DNA of 64,000 nucleotides, from positions 15,502,001 to 15,566,000 of the forward strand of contig NC_045697.1 in NCBI RefSeq assembly GCF_009834535.1. The letters run 5' to 3'. The notes under the pieces are model-generated. The model saw only the letters and a list, made by a program, of their open reading frames with translations. It ran no database searches and had not been told where the DNA came from. Below are positions 23,000 to 35,461 of this stretch, piece by piece; positions within the stretch are counted from its first letter, which is position 1; each line of letters opens with the position of its first letter. The position numbers and the translations under genes are program-made. The stretch comes from Camelus ferus (Eukaryota).

Positions 23000-23960
23000 T
23001 GACCCATCCTTTAGGACACGACTCCAGTGAACACGTCTTCCTTCCTTCCCAATCCAGCCAAGTTTAGGCTGTGTGGCTTCCGCAATGGGCTCAGATGTCC
23101 CACTGTGTTCACTGTTTTTGTAGAACTTACTACACTAATTACAATTATCTGTTTACTTCTAAAGTTCAACTAATAGATTATAAATTCCACAAGGTTAGGG
23201 CTTATGTCTCATTCACCATTATCTCCTCAAAGCTTAAAAAGGTGCCTACAGTATAACAGTTGTTAAATATTTTCTTGTTCAATGAATGAATGGAAATTTA
23301 CTGTTAACAAGCACTTTGACAATTCAACAAATTATTTCTGTGCAAATGGAAATTTGCTTTCTGTCCAGAGTGCTCCAAGGGTTTCTTTTTTAAGTATTAA
23401 TCAGAACATTTTTTGCTCCTGATCAAAATCTTCCAATGGGTGGCCACCAGAATTAGAATAAACACCCAATTGCTCTCCATGGCTCACAAGTCCTTGTGAG
23501 ATCCAACAACTAGCTATAAGCTCAGTCTTAAGTTTTGGAGTACTCTGCTTGCTCACTGTGAACTGAGCACTGACATCCTTGCTGTTCATGACAGTTCCAA
23601 TCAAAGCTCTACCTCAGGGCCTTTGCACTTACACCTCCCTCTGCCTAGAATCCTTTTCTCATCTATATGCAGGGTTCCCTGCATCACTGCCTTCAGGTAG
23701 AGATTACACTCCCAAGAAAAGCCTCTCTTGGTCTCTTATCACTCTTCCCTTAAGTTTTCTTCTAAGAACTCATCACTTGATATTTTATTGCATATTTATT
23801 TATGGTTTGTTTATACTCCATTTTTTCCCCAGTATGGCTGATTTATGTTTTTTGAGGGCAGGGACTTTGCCTGTCTTCTCTTTTGTAGTCTCAGCAACTA
23901 GAACAAAGTCTGGGATGTATAGATGCTAATTTAATATCTGACAAAGGAAAGAAAGGAAGA
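23000..23960 (+). mobile_element. L2 fragments
   Basis: Two L2 3' ends: tgttcaatgaatgaatg and acctcagggcctttgcactt...gagggcagggactttg. Confidence 0.75.
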
Positions 23961-24163
23961 AGGGAGGAGGAAGCCTTCTACATATACTCTGGAGTCTGAA
24001 ATTCTTCTTCATTGGTCAGCCTTCCTATGTAAGATCAAGGCTTAAAACATGCTCCACGGAAAAGGACATATTACCTTAAATTTACTCTAAGGTATACATG
24101 AGTGAAATTGGAACCTTTCGAGAGAGTAGGATGTTCAGAGATGGTAGAGGAGTTGCTTGTTAC

Positions 24164-24258
24164 CTAAGGATCGAGTTAAGGGATGATACCCAAGAAATAA
24201 ATGGATGGAAGAGAATGCTGAAGCAGTAGGTGATTGATGAGGAAATAAACCATTGTTC
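24164..24258 (-). pseudogene. Relic A putative exon A11
   Basis: acctttatag / TAG|gtaaca; 95 nt, phase 2-1, stop-free NNGLFPHQSPTASAFSSIHLFLGYHPLTRSL; alternative donor at 24075. Confidence 0.55.
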
Positions 24259-24329
24259 CTATAAAGGTTAATTCAACTTTGTCTTTTCAGCCCCAACCTC
24301 TATTACCAACCCCATCATGACCGATACTT

Positions 24330-25108
24330 TTAATCACCCACCCAACAGCCATTCCCACTTTCTTCCTTGCTAATAAAACCCATTTTTATTTAGAACAATG
24401 TTCCCAGCCTTGGTCTATGAGGATCACTACTTGACCTAACCTAGGGGTTGATCAACTTCTCTGTCAAGGACCAGACGATAAATATATTAGGATTTGTGGG
24501 GCACATGGTTGCTGTCACAGCTATTCAGCTCTGTTGCTGTAGTGTGAATGCAGCTGTAGAAAATATGTAAATCAATGGGAATGGTTGTGTTCTAATAAAA
24601 CTTTATCTATAAAAACAGGCAGTGGGCCAGTCTGGCCCACAAAGGATAGTTGGCCAACCTCTCATCTAAGCAGTCCTGGGCCCCATATTCCCAGTATCCC
24701 AGACAACCCGAAACAATCACGTGATTCTGCCCCAGCAATGACACAGGTGGCTCCAGTGGCTGCAGGTGGGAGAGAGGTCTGGGATGGTTTCAGGAAAAGC
24801 TTTTGTTTTCCTAACAAAAGGGGAGGGATGACAGATTTCCCCTTTCTTTTTCTTCTTTCCTGGATTACCAATATGGTTAGAGCTGTGGCAGCCATTCTGA
24901 AACCAAAATGGAAAGGAATAAAAGAATATCTTATAAATATACAAGAGACTAGCTGATTCTTAGCCCTGATACCACTGAATCCTTGATCCAACATCAGAAA
25001 CTACTTCCAGAGTTCTTAAAACATGAAACAAGAAAACACTTATTTATTATCAAATCCACCCTCTTTTGGCTTTCTATTACTTTCAGGCAAATGCATTCCT
25101 AATAGATA
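24330..25108 (+). mobile_element. ERVL LTR16-like element interrupted by MER58A
   Basis: cccacccaacagccattccc..ttcttccttgctaa...gagctgtggcagccatt...aatgcattcctaa. Confidence 0.7.
24443..24661. mobile_element. MER58A hAT-Charlie MITE
   Basis: agggg..aactt..ctgt.aagg.ccaga..aaatat...aataaaactttat..aaaaacaggcagtgggcc...tagttggccaaccc. Confidence 0.9.
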
Positions 25109-25366
25109 CAAAATACACACACATACACATACACAATCACACAGAGGCACACACTGTCACTCAAGAGAGGTACTCAAGTATCTTCAAAGTGTTAACAGTA
25201 ATCAACTCCATCCCAAGAGTTTGGCGGTCTCTTCTTTACATTTTTCTGTTCTGCCTTACTATTGTTATAACCAGAAATAATTACGAATGTTTTTTATTTT
25301 AGGAAGACAGAGCACATTTTAATTGGGCTCTATCTGCTGATTTGTTCACAAGAACAACCGACTTAC

Positions 25367-26143
25367 TCCCTAAAAACCCCATTCCTGGGTAGGAAGAAAG
25401 ATATCCAGGCCAATTTGAAGACCTGGTTCTGAAGGAAGATGAGGAACTGGGCAAAAGTTGGTCAGTCACCTGGACACGGAATTGACACAGTAATGGCAGT
25501 TTTGTTGGGAAGCTCCTCGCTCAGACCTTTTATGAGGAAGAGTCAGGGGCCCTCATATTTTGTTCATCTCCATCCCTATTACTTTACCAGGAGACACTTG
25601 GAGCTTGTTTTGAGTGTTAATTTTTGTACGTTAGCATCTGTTAAGGGTTGAATTCTGCACTCCCCGCAACCCGCCACCAAAAATTATATATCTGTTAAAC
25701 CACAAATCACCGGTACCTCACTATGTGACCTTGCTTGGAAACACACTAAGATGTATTAAGTGAAGATGAGGTCATACTGGAGTTGGATGGCCCTCAATTC
25801 AATACAGCTGGTGTTACTATAGGAAAACAGGTAAAGCACGAAGGCTCCCAGGGAGAACGCCGTGTTAACAATGAAGGCAGAGATGGGAAGGATGCATCTA
25901 CAAGCCAAGGAAGGCCACAGGCTGCCCACCAACCACCAGAGGCTGAGAAAAGGCAAGGAGGGATCCCCCCACAGGTTTCAGAGGGAGCACGGCCCTGCTG
26001 ACACCTCCACAGCAGAGTTCTAACCTCCAGAACTGCGAAACAACACATTTCTGTTGTTTAAGACCACTCAGTTGGTGACATTTTGCTATGACAGCCCTAG
26101 GATACTAACACAGCACCTTTCTTTTTGTTCCTTTCTTCAACGA
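25367..26143 (-). pseudogene. Relic A exon A10, apparently split by an MLT1 LTR
   Basis: Perfect donor GA|gtaagt; 3' part PTFAQFLIFLQNQVFKLAWISFFLPRNGVFR. After removing the LTR and one TSD the frame continues to a polypyrimidine acceptor ending AA (inferred AG>AA). An internal 115-nt intron (25471-25585) cannot be excluded. Confidence 0.65.
25639..26112 (+). mobile_element. MaLR solo LTR (MLT1C-like) with 5-bp TSD gcatc/gcacc
   Basis: TG...CA ends; tgttaagggttgaatt...gagggagcacggccctgctgacacc...gcagccctagga.actaacaca. Confidence 0.92.
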
Positions 26144-26159
26144 TTAAAGAAAAAACACA

Positions 26160-27760
26160 AGTGCTAAGCGGGGCACGCTGAGTAAACCTACTATGAATAA
26201 GTTATGGAATATCATGTAGGTATAAAAAGGAATGAGAAAGATCTCTGTATACTGCTGTGGCGTGATCTCCAGGATACATCACATTTAAAAGGCAAAGTAA
26301 ATGGTGTGCTAAACAGGCTAATTTTTATTTAGGTAAGGAAAACTATGAATATTTGTATAGAAACATATGCATACATACACAGACATAGTTAATTTATTTT
26401 CTGAATTAAAAATCAATAATAAGAAGGCTACCTACAGAGAAAAAGACTGAAGATACAGAAGAAGACAAGATGCCAGAACTCCAAATGCCCCTGGTTTTCT
26501 TTTATTTTTTTAACTCCAAAATTACATAAATATTTACACATTTAAAAACAAAATAAAATAACCCCCACAAAATTAAAAAAACAACAAAAATTAGTGAATT
26601 TAAATATAGGAAACTAATGACATAACCACTTACTGAAGAATATTTTGATACTTAAAAAATACAATATTCTTTGGGTTCAATCCCCAGTACCTTCCCTAAA
26701 AATAAATAAATCTAATTACCTCACCCCACCCTGCTGAAATTAATAATACAATAATGAATAAATAAAATATAAAAAATCATTTAAAATAATAAAAAAATTT
26801 TTAAAAACCAATATTCTCATCATACTTCCCTAAAGGGCTAAATTCTAACAACTACAACCACAACCACAACAAAAAAACTGCAGAGAAATCTTAAACCAGA
26901 TTCAGCAATCTTGTTAGCAATAGTAATATTTGCATTGTTAGATAATAGAAAAAGCCAATAATTATATTAACATTGTCAGAAGCCAAAATTTTTATCAAAG
27001 ACTGAAGTATAAAACTCCAAGTATAAACCACATATTGTAACCTTTGATTTAGAAACTGAATATAAATGTATTATTGTTTGAAATTTCTAAAAAACACCTC
27101 CTACCTCTGTCTGAGATGACTTTGAAGCAATGACAAAAGCACCCCTAAGCACCCAGATTTTCATCTCTAAACACCCAAAAAAACACAAAGAATTCTCGGA
27201 GAAACAGTACAGTGTCTGGGGCACAAAATGAACGAGATAAACAAGATAAAGGAGATTTTGTAGGGCCTGAATGTAAGAATGCTATCATATATAATGAGGC
27301 CTTGACAAAAAGACACAGGATTGAACTTGAAGGGGGGTCCACCGGCCAAAAATGGGGCCATTTAAGCACCAAAAAGAAATTAATGACAGCAATGTGGCTG
27401 AAATACACAAATATATAAAACTCCACAAATTCATACTACTTACGACACAACAAAAAAACTAATTGGTCGCCTTAAATCATAGCAAAACCACTATTTCAGC
27501 ATTCTGAAACCAAATAAAGAGAAAACATAAGGCATTTATTCTGCTTTTCATATCCAAATGTTTTCAGAGAAACTAAATTATTGACAAAAGTTCATTAGAG
27601 ACGAGTTCCAGCTACTGAATGCAGAAGGAATGACAGAATAAGAAGAATCACCATTTGGTAACCATTAATGACAACAGCTCTGAACAACAATCATCTACAG
27701 CTGCTGAAACCATGAGGCAACAGATGCACGGAGAACTTCAAAATGGCGGGATCAGACTCA
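26160..27760 (+). mobile_element. Old L1M 3' region fragments
   Basis: A-rich L1-like text: tggaatat...gatctccaggatac...gacaaaagttc...ccagctactgaatgcagaagg. Confidence 0.6.
26670..26802 (+). mobile_element. 5'-truncated camelid Vic-1-type SINE with TSD-like caatattctc flanks
   Basis: gggttcaatccccagtacct...aaataaataaatctaattacctc. Confidence 0.8.
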
Positions 27761-27779
27761 ACGACACCTGCATCCACTC

Positions 27780-28380
27780 GTATTCGTTATCTCGTGCTGT
27801 CGAACCATACACCACAAATTTAGCAGCTCAGAGCAACACAAAATTTATTATCTCACCGTTCTGTAGCTGAAGAGTTCAGGTGGGCTCCACTGGTTTCTCT
27901 GCAGCAGCACTTAGGCCAGAAGCAGGGTGTCCGAGGGCCAGGGCTGTGACTGGGAGGCTGGCGGAGAATTACTTGCAAGCTGATTCAGGTTGTTGGCGGA
28001 ACACAGTTCCCTGCAGCGGAAGGGCTGATGCCGGGTTTCCTGGCTGGCTCTGCGGTGGGTACCACCCTTAGCTCCGCAGAGGCCCGCTCCGGGCCCCTGG
28101 TCTCACTGCCAGGAGCACACAATTCCCCAGACTTTCGCCAGGCTTGCGTCTCTCCGCCTCCCCTCCGACCTCCTCCGACCACGGTTCTCCAGCTCCTTCT
28201 GAGTTCTGCTGGGAAAAGTTCTCTGCCCTTAAGGTCTCGTGTGATTGGATTGAAGCCACCTGGGCTCCTCTCCTCTCTGGAGCTCCGTGACCTTCATTAC
28301 CTCTACAACGCCCTCTCCAGGTTCCAGGATGCGGGTGCAGGTATCTTTGGAGAGTCGGGGCACGATCTGGGCTACCACAC
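27780..28380 (-). mobile_element. MLT1D/E-type LTR, unusually CpG-rich
   Basis: caacacaaaatttattatctcaccgttctgtag...attcaggttgttggc...ctaccaca. Confidence 0.8.
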
Positions 28381-28405
28381 CCCTGATCAGTTTTAACCTC
28401 ACGAA

Positions 28406-28833
28406 TGTGAAAAGGCTGTTTATCTTCACCAAAGTAGCCATCATTTCTCCTCTCAGGCTGCGAAAGTGTTTCAATCTAAAACGGAAGCGGAGGAGATGAA
28501 ATGGAGACGCTCACGCACGCGTCCTCAGAAAAAGGAAATTGAAGGGCTGAGACACGCCTGGTTTACAGAAAACTTGAGACTTATACCTCAGTGTAGTCTA
28601 TCAACCAAGAATCTCTCTCCATCCTCAAGCCAGTGAACTTGCTGCTTGCACTCTGGCTGGACTCTACCCTTTTTGCATTCCTCACCCATAAAAACAGCCC
28701 ACCACATACTCTCAACAGGACTCACCTGTGTTTTGCCACAATTCTGTCTCCTGAATTGCAATTCCTGTTATTCCTGAATAAACTCAATTTCTGGGAATTC
28801 AAGCTTGCCTCAGTTTACCTCTATTTGAATTGA
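28406..28833 (+). mobile_element. Probable ERV solo LTR
   Basis: TG start, TATA-like cataaaaa (~28687), aataaa (~28778), LTR-like R/U5 text. Confidence 0.6.
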
Positions 28834-28891
28834 TGATGCAATAGTGCTACCTATGAAATTTTCTGGCCCTGTCCCTGCCAAAAAACAAATG

Positions 28892-28894
28892 TAT

Positions 28895-28925
<31 letters not shown>

Positions 28926-28935
28926 CATATGTGTA
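28892..28935. repeat. (CA)n(TA)n compound microsatellite
   Basis: Direct reading. Confidence 0.9.
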
Positions 28936-29109
28936 TAAAATTAAGCTTCTAGATCTAGCTAACAGGTTTGCAGTAAATTAGGAGAAAAAGAAACATTTTT
29001 TCAAGTGCCACATGTTGCAATCAGCCAAATTTAGTAGATGAGAAATTCTTAAAGGGCAAATAACTCATGATTCTCAACCAAAAAAAGGCAGAGAAAAATA
29101 TAAGGACTG

Positions 29110-29955
29110 CCCAAATCTAGGACCCTGACAACACCAAATACCAGTGAGAATGTAGAGAAACAGGAATTCTTATTTATTGCTACTGGGAAATCAAAATGGT
29201 ATAGCCACTTTGGAAGACAGTAGTTTCTTACAGAAGTAGACCTACTCTCACCGTATGGTCAACAATCACACATCTTGGTATTTACCTAAAGGAGCTGACA
29301 ATGTATATCCACACAGAAACCTGCACATGGATATTTCTAGCAGCTGTATTCATAACTGCCCAAACTTGGAGGCAACCAAGATGTCCTTAAGTAGATGAAT
29401 GGGTAGATAACCTGTGATACATCCAGACAATGGAATATTATTCAGCACCGAAAAATTAGGAGCTATTAAGGCATGAAAAGACATGGAAGAAACTTAAATG
29501 CACATTCCTAAGTGAAAGAAGTCAATCTGAAAAGCCTGCAAACTACATGATTCCAACTATAGGAGATTCTGGAAAAAGTAAAACTATAGAGATAGGAAAA
29601 AGATCAGTGGTTGTGAGAGGTTGGGGCAGGGGGAAGGGATGAACAGGCAGAGCAGAGAGGATTTTTAGGGCACTGAAAATGCTCGTGTGATATGATACCA
29701 TAATGACGGATGCGTGTCATTATACATTTGTCCTAACCCATAGAATGGGTTTGACACCCAGAATGAACCCTAAGGTAAACAATGGACTTTGGGTAATCTT
29801 GAGATATCAATGTAGGTTCATCAGTTGTAACAAAGGTACCACTCTAGTGGGGGATGTTGACAACAGGGGAAGCTACGCATGTGTAGGGTCATGGGGTATA
29901 TGGGAAATGTCAGTGCCTTCCTCTCAATTTTGTTGTAAACCTAAAAATTCTCTTT
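29110..29955 (+). mobile_element. L1MC-type ORF2 end and 3' UTR
   Basis: tgacaacaccaaata..gagaatgtagagaaacaggaa...gaaccctaaggtaaac...ttttgttgtaaacctaaaa. Confidence 0.92.
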
Positions 29956-30060
29956 AAAAAAATACATGAATATATGTATATGTGTATGCAAGACTGGGAC
30001 TTTATGCTGTACACCAGAATTTGGCACATTGTAATTGACTGTACTTCAATAAAAAAATAA
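29956..30060 (+). mobile_element. Short camelid-type L1 3' tail
   Basis: tatgtatatg..gactgggac..tgctgtacaccagaa.ttg.cacattgtaattgactgtacttcaataaaaaa. Confidence 0.85.
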
Positions 30061-30139
30061 AAGTAAAAAATGTACATATAAAAAGATACAGTCTTAAAGA
30101 GGTAAAATAAAACCAAAAAAATTATAAATAAATAAACAA

Positions 30140-30585
30140 AATATGGGAAGATGTAGGTGATTATAGATTAAAGAGATTTATGAGCCCACTGCAATGGGTG
30201 AGCATTCTTTGCATCCTAATTTGATCAAACCAACTGTAAAAACACACTTTTTAGAAAGCACTCGGAAAACCTGAACATACATTGATTTTAAATGGTAATA
30301 AATATTTATTAACTTTGTTAGGTTAATATTGTGCATTTTATGTGTGATATTATGGGGTTTTTTAAAGGTCTTGTTTGTTGACAATACATACTAAAATACT
30401 GAGAGATGAAATGACATGATGTCTAGGGTCTGTTTTAACAGTCCAGAAAGAGAAAAAAGAGTGGTGGGAAGACATAGGCAAAATAAGATGGGTAAAATCA
30501 TAATAACTGTAAAATCCAAGTGGTGAATACACAGTTCACTGTACTATTCATTTTACCATGTGGATGTTTGAAAACTTTTAAAATA
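30140..30585 (+). mobile_element. L1ME-type 3' fragment
   Basis: atagattaaagagattta...gagatgaaatgacatgatgtct...tgtttgaaaactttt. Confidence 0.75.
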
Positions 30586-30639
30586 ATGTCCACTATATTT
30601 TATCATCTCCCGAAGTCACACATATGACTAGAGTTCCAC

Positions 30640-31400
30640 AACAGAAAAACCACATCAAATCCACTGCCCTTTCCTACATAAAATACCTCAAATAAAACCA
30701 TTTCTCACCACACTGTGTACATCCTAAACATCCTAAATTACTGTAATTATCACCTGCTGATCTTCCTGTTTCTACCTCTACTCCTCACTGTCTGTGGTCC
30801 GTATTGTAGCTGGAGTGATCTTTCTGAAACACAAATTACTTCATGTCATTCCTCTGTCTGAGCCCCCAAGTGGCTTTCCATTACACAGCAATAAAATAGA
30901 AAGTTTTACCAAGGCCTATAAGACCCCGTGTAATATAGCCTCCAGCTTGCTCTCCAATATTTCTCACCTCTCATTCCTACTTTCCTAGCTTAATCCTCTC
31001 TCACCACTCTGATTTTCTTGTTGGTTCTTCAAATAAGTCAAGTATGCTTCTGCCTCAGGGCCTTTGCACATACCAATTTTGCTTCTGGAAACATTCTTCC
31101 CCCAAATTCTCAAGTCTTGCTCTCTCACTTCCATCAAGATTTATTTCAAATACTAACCCCTCATAGACCTCTTCTTTGACCACCCTCTGAAATAGTACTC
31201 AACACTCCTCTAGTCCCTTTACCCTATTTAATTGTTTATCAGAGTGATCACCACATATGTGATATTACCTTTATTGTGCGTCTCCCTCAGATGATTAAGT
31301 ATGAGCTTCTCAAAAACAAGAACAATATTTGGGTCAAAACTGTATCCCTGGAACCCAGGATGGACCCTAATGCTCACACATTTATTCTTTGAATGAATAT
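30640..31400 (+). mobile_element. L2 LINE 3' portion
   Basis: ggcctataagaccc...ctgcctcagggcctttgcac...ttgaatgaat. Confidence 0.85.
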
Positions 31401-31907
31401 TGACTGAGTTAGAATCAGAATGTAGATCTCATTAGTAAATCAGTCCTGGTCTTAACCCTAGTATTCAGCCATTATTTTTCCTCTTCAATTCTTTAGCCAT
31501 TCCATTAACTAACATTAAAAGAACCTAGAAAATTCTAGGTGTCTGAAAAACAATGACTACAGTGTTAAGAAATATATAATTTCCAAAGTGAACTTGATAT
31601 ATTTTGGAAGCATAGAACCAGGGGAAATAATTCATCACCTGGGGAAATCTCTGAAGATGGCTTTCTCATAAATAGATTTTAGAATTCTCCACCTAGAGCA
31701 GGCAGCTACAGCTACAGAAATTCAAGATTTTCTTCTTGATTGTTAGGCCAAGAACCTGATGTTCACTTTGATTAGCTGGAGGGTTGTAGTAAGAGTAAGA
31801 CTCACTGTTAAATTCTAATCATTTGAAGAAGGAAGCACTGCCTTCTCCCCTTGGTTCATAACCTCAGGCAAAGTTTCGATTTACCTTAAAGTGCACGAGC
31901 CACTCAC

Positions 31908-32041
31908 AGCTTTATTTCCACCCACATGTCTCTGAGCTTTGTGTTCTTGCTTTGTATTTTCCCTTTGTAAAAACCCTCTATTTTTATCCACAGGCTCGTT
32001 ACTCAGCTTTTACCTTTTAGCAGAGACATTTTAAGGTAAAC
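31908..32041 (-). pseudogene. Relic A tentative exon A9
   Basis: taatttcag acceptor (phase 1), gtgagt donors at 31907 or 31805; polar linker-like translation, no motif. Confidence 0.35.
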
Positions 32042-32558
32042 CTGAAATTAAGCTGTACATTGGCAGTGACTTTAGCAGACATAAGATAAAAATAAGTGTT
32101 TCCCAGATTTTTTTTTTTTTTTTGATACTCCCATTTCCCCTCCTCTTTTCAGGCTAAAGAATGCAAGCCTATGTACTAGAATGGTGATACATACATTTTT
32201 ATTAATTTAGTGTGGTTCATGACTTGCTATTTCTAAATGTCAAGGAAGCTCCTAAAACTAAGTCATATGTCAAAGCAAAGGCTGCTAGAGGATCAGCAAG
32301 TTTTCAGAGGTTCTAGTTTGCAGTCGTGTTTCCACAGGCTTGGAAGTTTCCAAAGGACTTTCCTTCTAATGTATTATTTTATTTCTCCCTTCTAACGACT
32401 TTACAAGGAAAAGTACCGCTCTCCTTTTATAGTTGAAGAGACTGGAATTTAAAGAGAAATGACTTACTTAAGGTTGGAGGAGGTCACTGAGAGGATATGG
32501 CCCCCATCTGAGCCATGAGCCGGACCGGGGCAGTTGGAGGCTCTTACTTATTACTTAC

Positions 32559-32867
32559 CCCCTCCCCATCCTCGGTAATTACACTCTGCCCACCGTTCCC
32601 ACAGTGGGAGCTGTTTTCAAGGATGCCCATACCCTTGGGAGGGTACGTGTTGTTGAGACCGTCTGGGTGGTATACGTGACTGAACCCAGTTACGGCCTCT
32701 GTATAAACGCTAAGGTTCTAGCAGTGGATTCAGAGATCTACCCATCCTGGGGCCTCGTATATAAGTCCCCTTGTTTTTTAAAATGGTCACCTGCCAATTT
32801 GGAGTGGCAGCCTCTTTCTTCAGTCTGTCCTTGCCTTCCGTGCATGGGGTCCAGTTGTGAATTTTAT
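32559..32867 (-). pseudogene. Relic A exon A8
   Basis: gttccccag / GGG|gtaagt; 309 nt, phase 1-1, 102 codons with 2 stops: KIHNWTPCTEGKDRLKKE...LPLWERWAECNYRGWGG. Confidence 0.7.
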
Positions 32868-32949
32868 CTGGGGAACTTCTTAGGTTACAAATCAACACTT
32901 AAGCTTTGATAGGTTTTAAGTGACACAGTACTGAGGAAAAAAGTCTTTT

Positions 32950-33330
32950 TCTGCTCAATGTCTCACATCCCATTCCACATATTTTCAATGGGATTTATCT
33001 TGCCCTCCATTCTACCCAGTCCCAAGGGTTATAGGAACATGACCTTGGTCAAGCTAATGAGAGTCCTCCATCCTCCTGTCCAGACAGATTAGTTTGGGGA
33101 CCAGAACTTGGTGGATCTTATGGAATTGTGTCTTCTTTCTATCTCTGTGATCACAAGCTTTGGGAAAAATTAAGTCAAAGCTATTTCTGGCAAATTTCCT
33201 CGGCCAATTTTGGACAGTATCTTCAATATGAGAAAAAGGCTGACTAACAGAAGCAGAGTTAGAGAGAGAGAGATTGAAGTCAATAAATTTCATTTATTTG
33301 CTAAAGCAAACTTGAGCTGCATTTCTAGCT
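32950..33330 (+). mobile_element. MLT1J/K-type LTR
   Basis: catgacct.ggtcaagctaatgagagtcctccatcc...gtcaataaatttc.tttatttgctaaagc..cttgagctg.atttct. Confidence 0.65.
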
Positions 33331-33623
33331 AAGGGATCTGGCCAGAGTATACTGAAACAAGGCTCAAATCCAGGTCCTCCAATAGCCAGCTCTCTCTTTG
33401 CACTATGCCCAGCTGATCCTAGCTCACTAGGATTGTAAAAGTCCAAGACACAAGCTTTCTGTCACTCAAAGATTTTACCTCTCATTCTTTGGTATAACAA
33501 ACAACTGGTTTGAAGGTCTGTGCATCACTAACCAGCTCTATGATCTGGGGCAGATTACTCAACCCAAGACTCAAAAGTGTCATCACTATAATGGGAATAA
33601 TGACAGGATCTAGCTCATAAAGT

Positions 33624-33628
33624 TATTA

Positions 33629-33702
<74 letters not shown>
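33624..33702. repeat. (ATT)n trinucleotide microsatellite at a MIR tail
   Basis: About 26 units, one interruption. Confidence 0.97.
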
Positions 33703-34039
33703 TTAGTTTTTATTGCCTGTCGAACACTTACCTGGCATGTAGTAACCACCCAAGAAATTGTAGCTTCCATTATTAGTATTCAATGCTGAATAGAAGAACT
33801 CTGAATAAGATAAAGAAGAAAAACATGAATCTTTCAGAGGCTCATCTACTAAGAAATAGAATAATTCAGTAGGCACAGAGCTGACCTTTAGCAGTGTATG
33901 CTGCACAGATTCCCAGGAACTAAGATGAGAGAAGGGAAGAAGGACAGAAATTCTGGCTTTTATGGAAAAGATCATTCTGTGCTTCTGGTACTAAAAACTT
34001 CTTGTGATGAAGAGGAGTGATTTAATGAGGGATAGGAGA

Positions 34040-34280
34040 AAGAAAATTAATATTTACTTAGTGTCTGCCAGGTGTCAAGTCATCCTAGGCATGAAAACAC
34101 ATCAGTTAATCCCCATAAACACCCCATGGGAATGTAGGCATTATTACGCCCATTTCATGGATCATAAAACTAGAGCTCTGAATGTAATGCACAAAAACAC
34201 ACTGCTAACGAGTAGAGCCGGAATCTACAAGTAGTCATTTCAGTCTTCTGATCTGTGCTCTCTTTCCGCACTGTGCCACC
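34040..34280 (-). mobile_element. MIR SINE
   Basis: atatttacttagtgtctgcc...cccatttcatggat..aaaact.gagctc...ctctttccgcactgtgcca. Confidence 0.75.
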
Positions 34281-34904
34281 TCTCACAGTGGACCGGTATA
34301 GGAGCCCCCAGGTGTTCAGAAAACACCTCAGTTCCCCGATAGATACAGAGAGAAAAGCATTCCTCCCAGATTATAAACCCCCACACGTAACTCTAGAGTC
34401 TCACCTCCGAGAGAAGGAGATACAACACCTTAAATCAGCGAAGCAAGAGAGATTTATGTCAGTTGCATCTGTCATTCCAGACACCAATACTCCCCTTCAG
34501 CTCTTCCTGATTAACACTCACTGAACTTCACCATTATCTCCTACAGCTAGAAGACAGTTACCACAAACTGTCTGGATTGTGTTTCCAACCTTTTCATTAA
34601 TTAGCTGCATGATTAAGAATTTTCTCTACGTCTGTCTATGAAATAGGAATATATACATATACACAGTAATTGAAGTAATATTTGTTAAAAAGCCATACAA
34701 CAAAACAAGCATACAACAAAATGAAAACTGATTGCAGAAAACTGTTTACTTGTTTCACTCCGTTGTGTTAACCATATCTTTCCCTTCATCATTCCTGTAT
34801 AAGTTCCTGGGGAAGCAAACTGTTTTCTCCTTTATCGATTCCAATGCCTGGCCCCATGCTGTGCACACAACTGCAGTCTATCGATTTATGAACCTTTCAC
34901 TAAC

Positions 34905-35296
34905 CCCTTCTTGCCAGTTCCTTGGTCTCCAACACCAGCCTCTTAAGGTTGGGGTAGCAATTATACATGAGGCTTTGTAACAACCTAAAAATAACTTCCC
35001 AGTATCCACAAAGAGACTCTTCATCAGTCACGACATTTTCTGCCACCCTTCCGCTGTGCGAAAATGACCATATCAAAAAGCTGTTAGTGAAAGGCTGTTG
35101 ATGTGATAAAATGCACAGTATTTTTAGCACGCATCCTTTTCTAACAGCAAAGTGTCTTTGGATGGTCATGCAACTCGTAGCTGTCTTAGAAGGTACTGTA
35201 GCATCGGTAGCATACACTCTATTATTCTTACTGTGGCTCCACTCCAGTCAGCTTCCTCACCGGGCAGGACAGTCTTGGCTTAGCTGTTCTCCAACA
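34905..35296 (-). pseudogene. Relic A exon A7
   Basis: cctattttacag / AGG G|gttagt; 392 nt, phase 2-1, no frameshift, 2 stops; contains VLKILCILSHQQPF...RVAENVVTDEESLCGYW (ORF 34900..35217). Confidence 0.85.
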
Positions 35297-35461
35297 CTGT
35301 AAAATAGGAGCTGCTTCTTTCCTTGTTTATTAAATTGTCCAGGGCATTGCTTTCTTGAGATATGTCCTCAAACCTAAAAATTAAAGCAAAACCAAAAACA
35401 TGTTAGGTGATCAAATAAATTTTGTAAATGCTGCACATTTAAGAGCCCTCCCGCAGGGGCT

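Noticed and set aside
33054..33293. ORF with acceptor-like ctctgcttctgttag as another relic A exon
   Set aside because: The sequence matches an MLT1J/K-type LTR.
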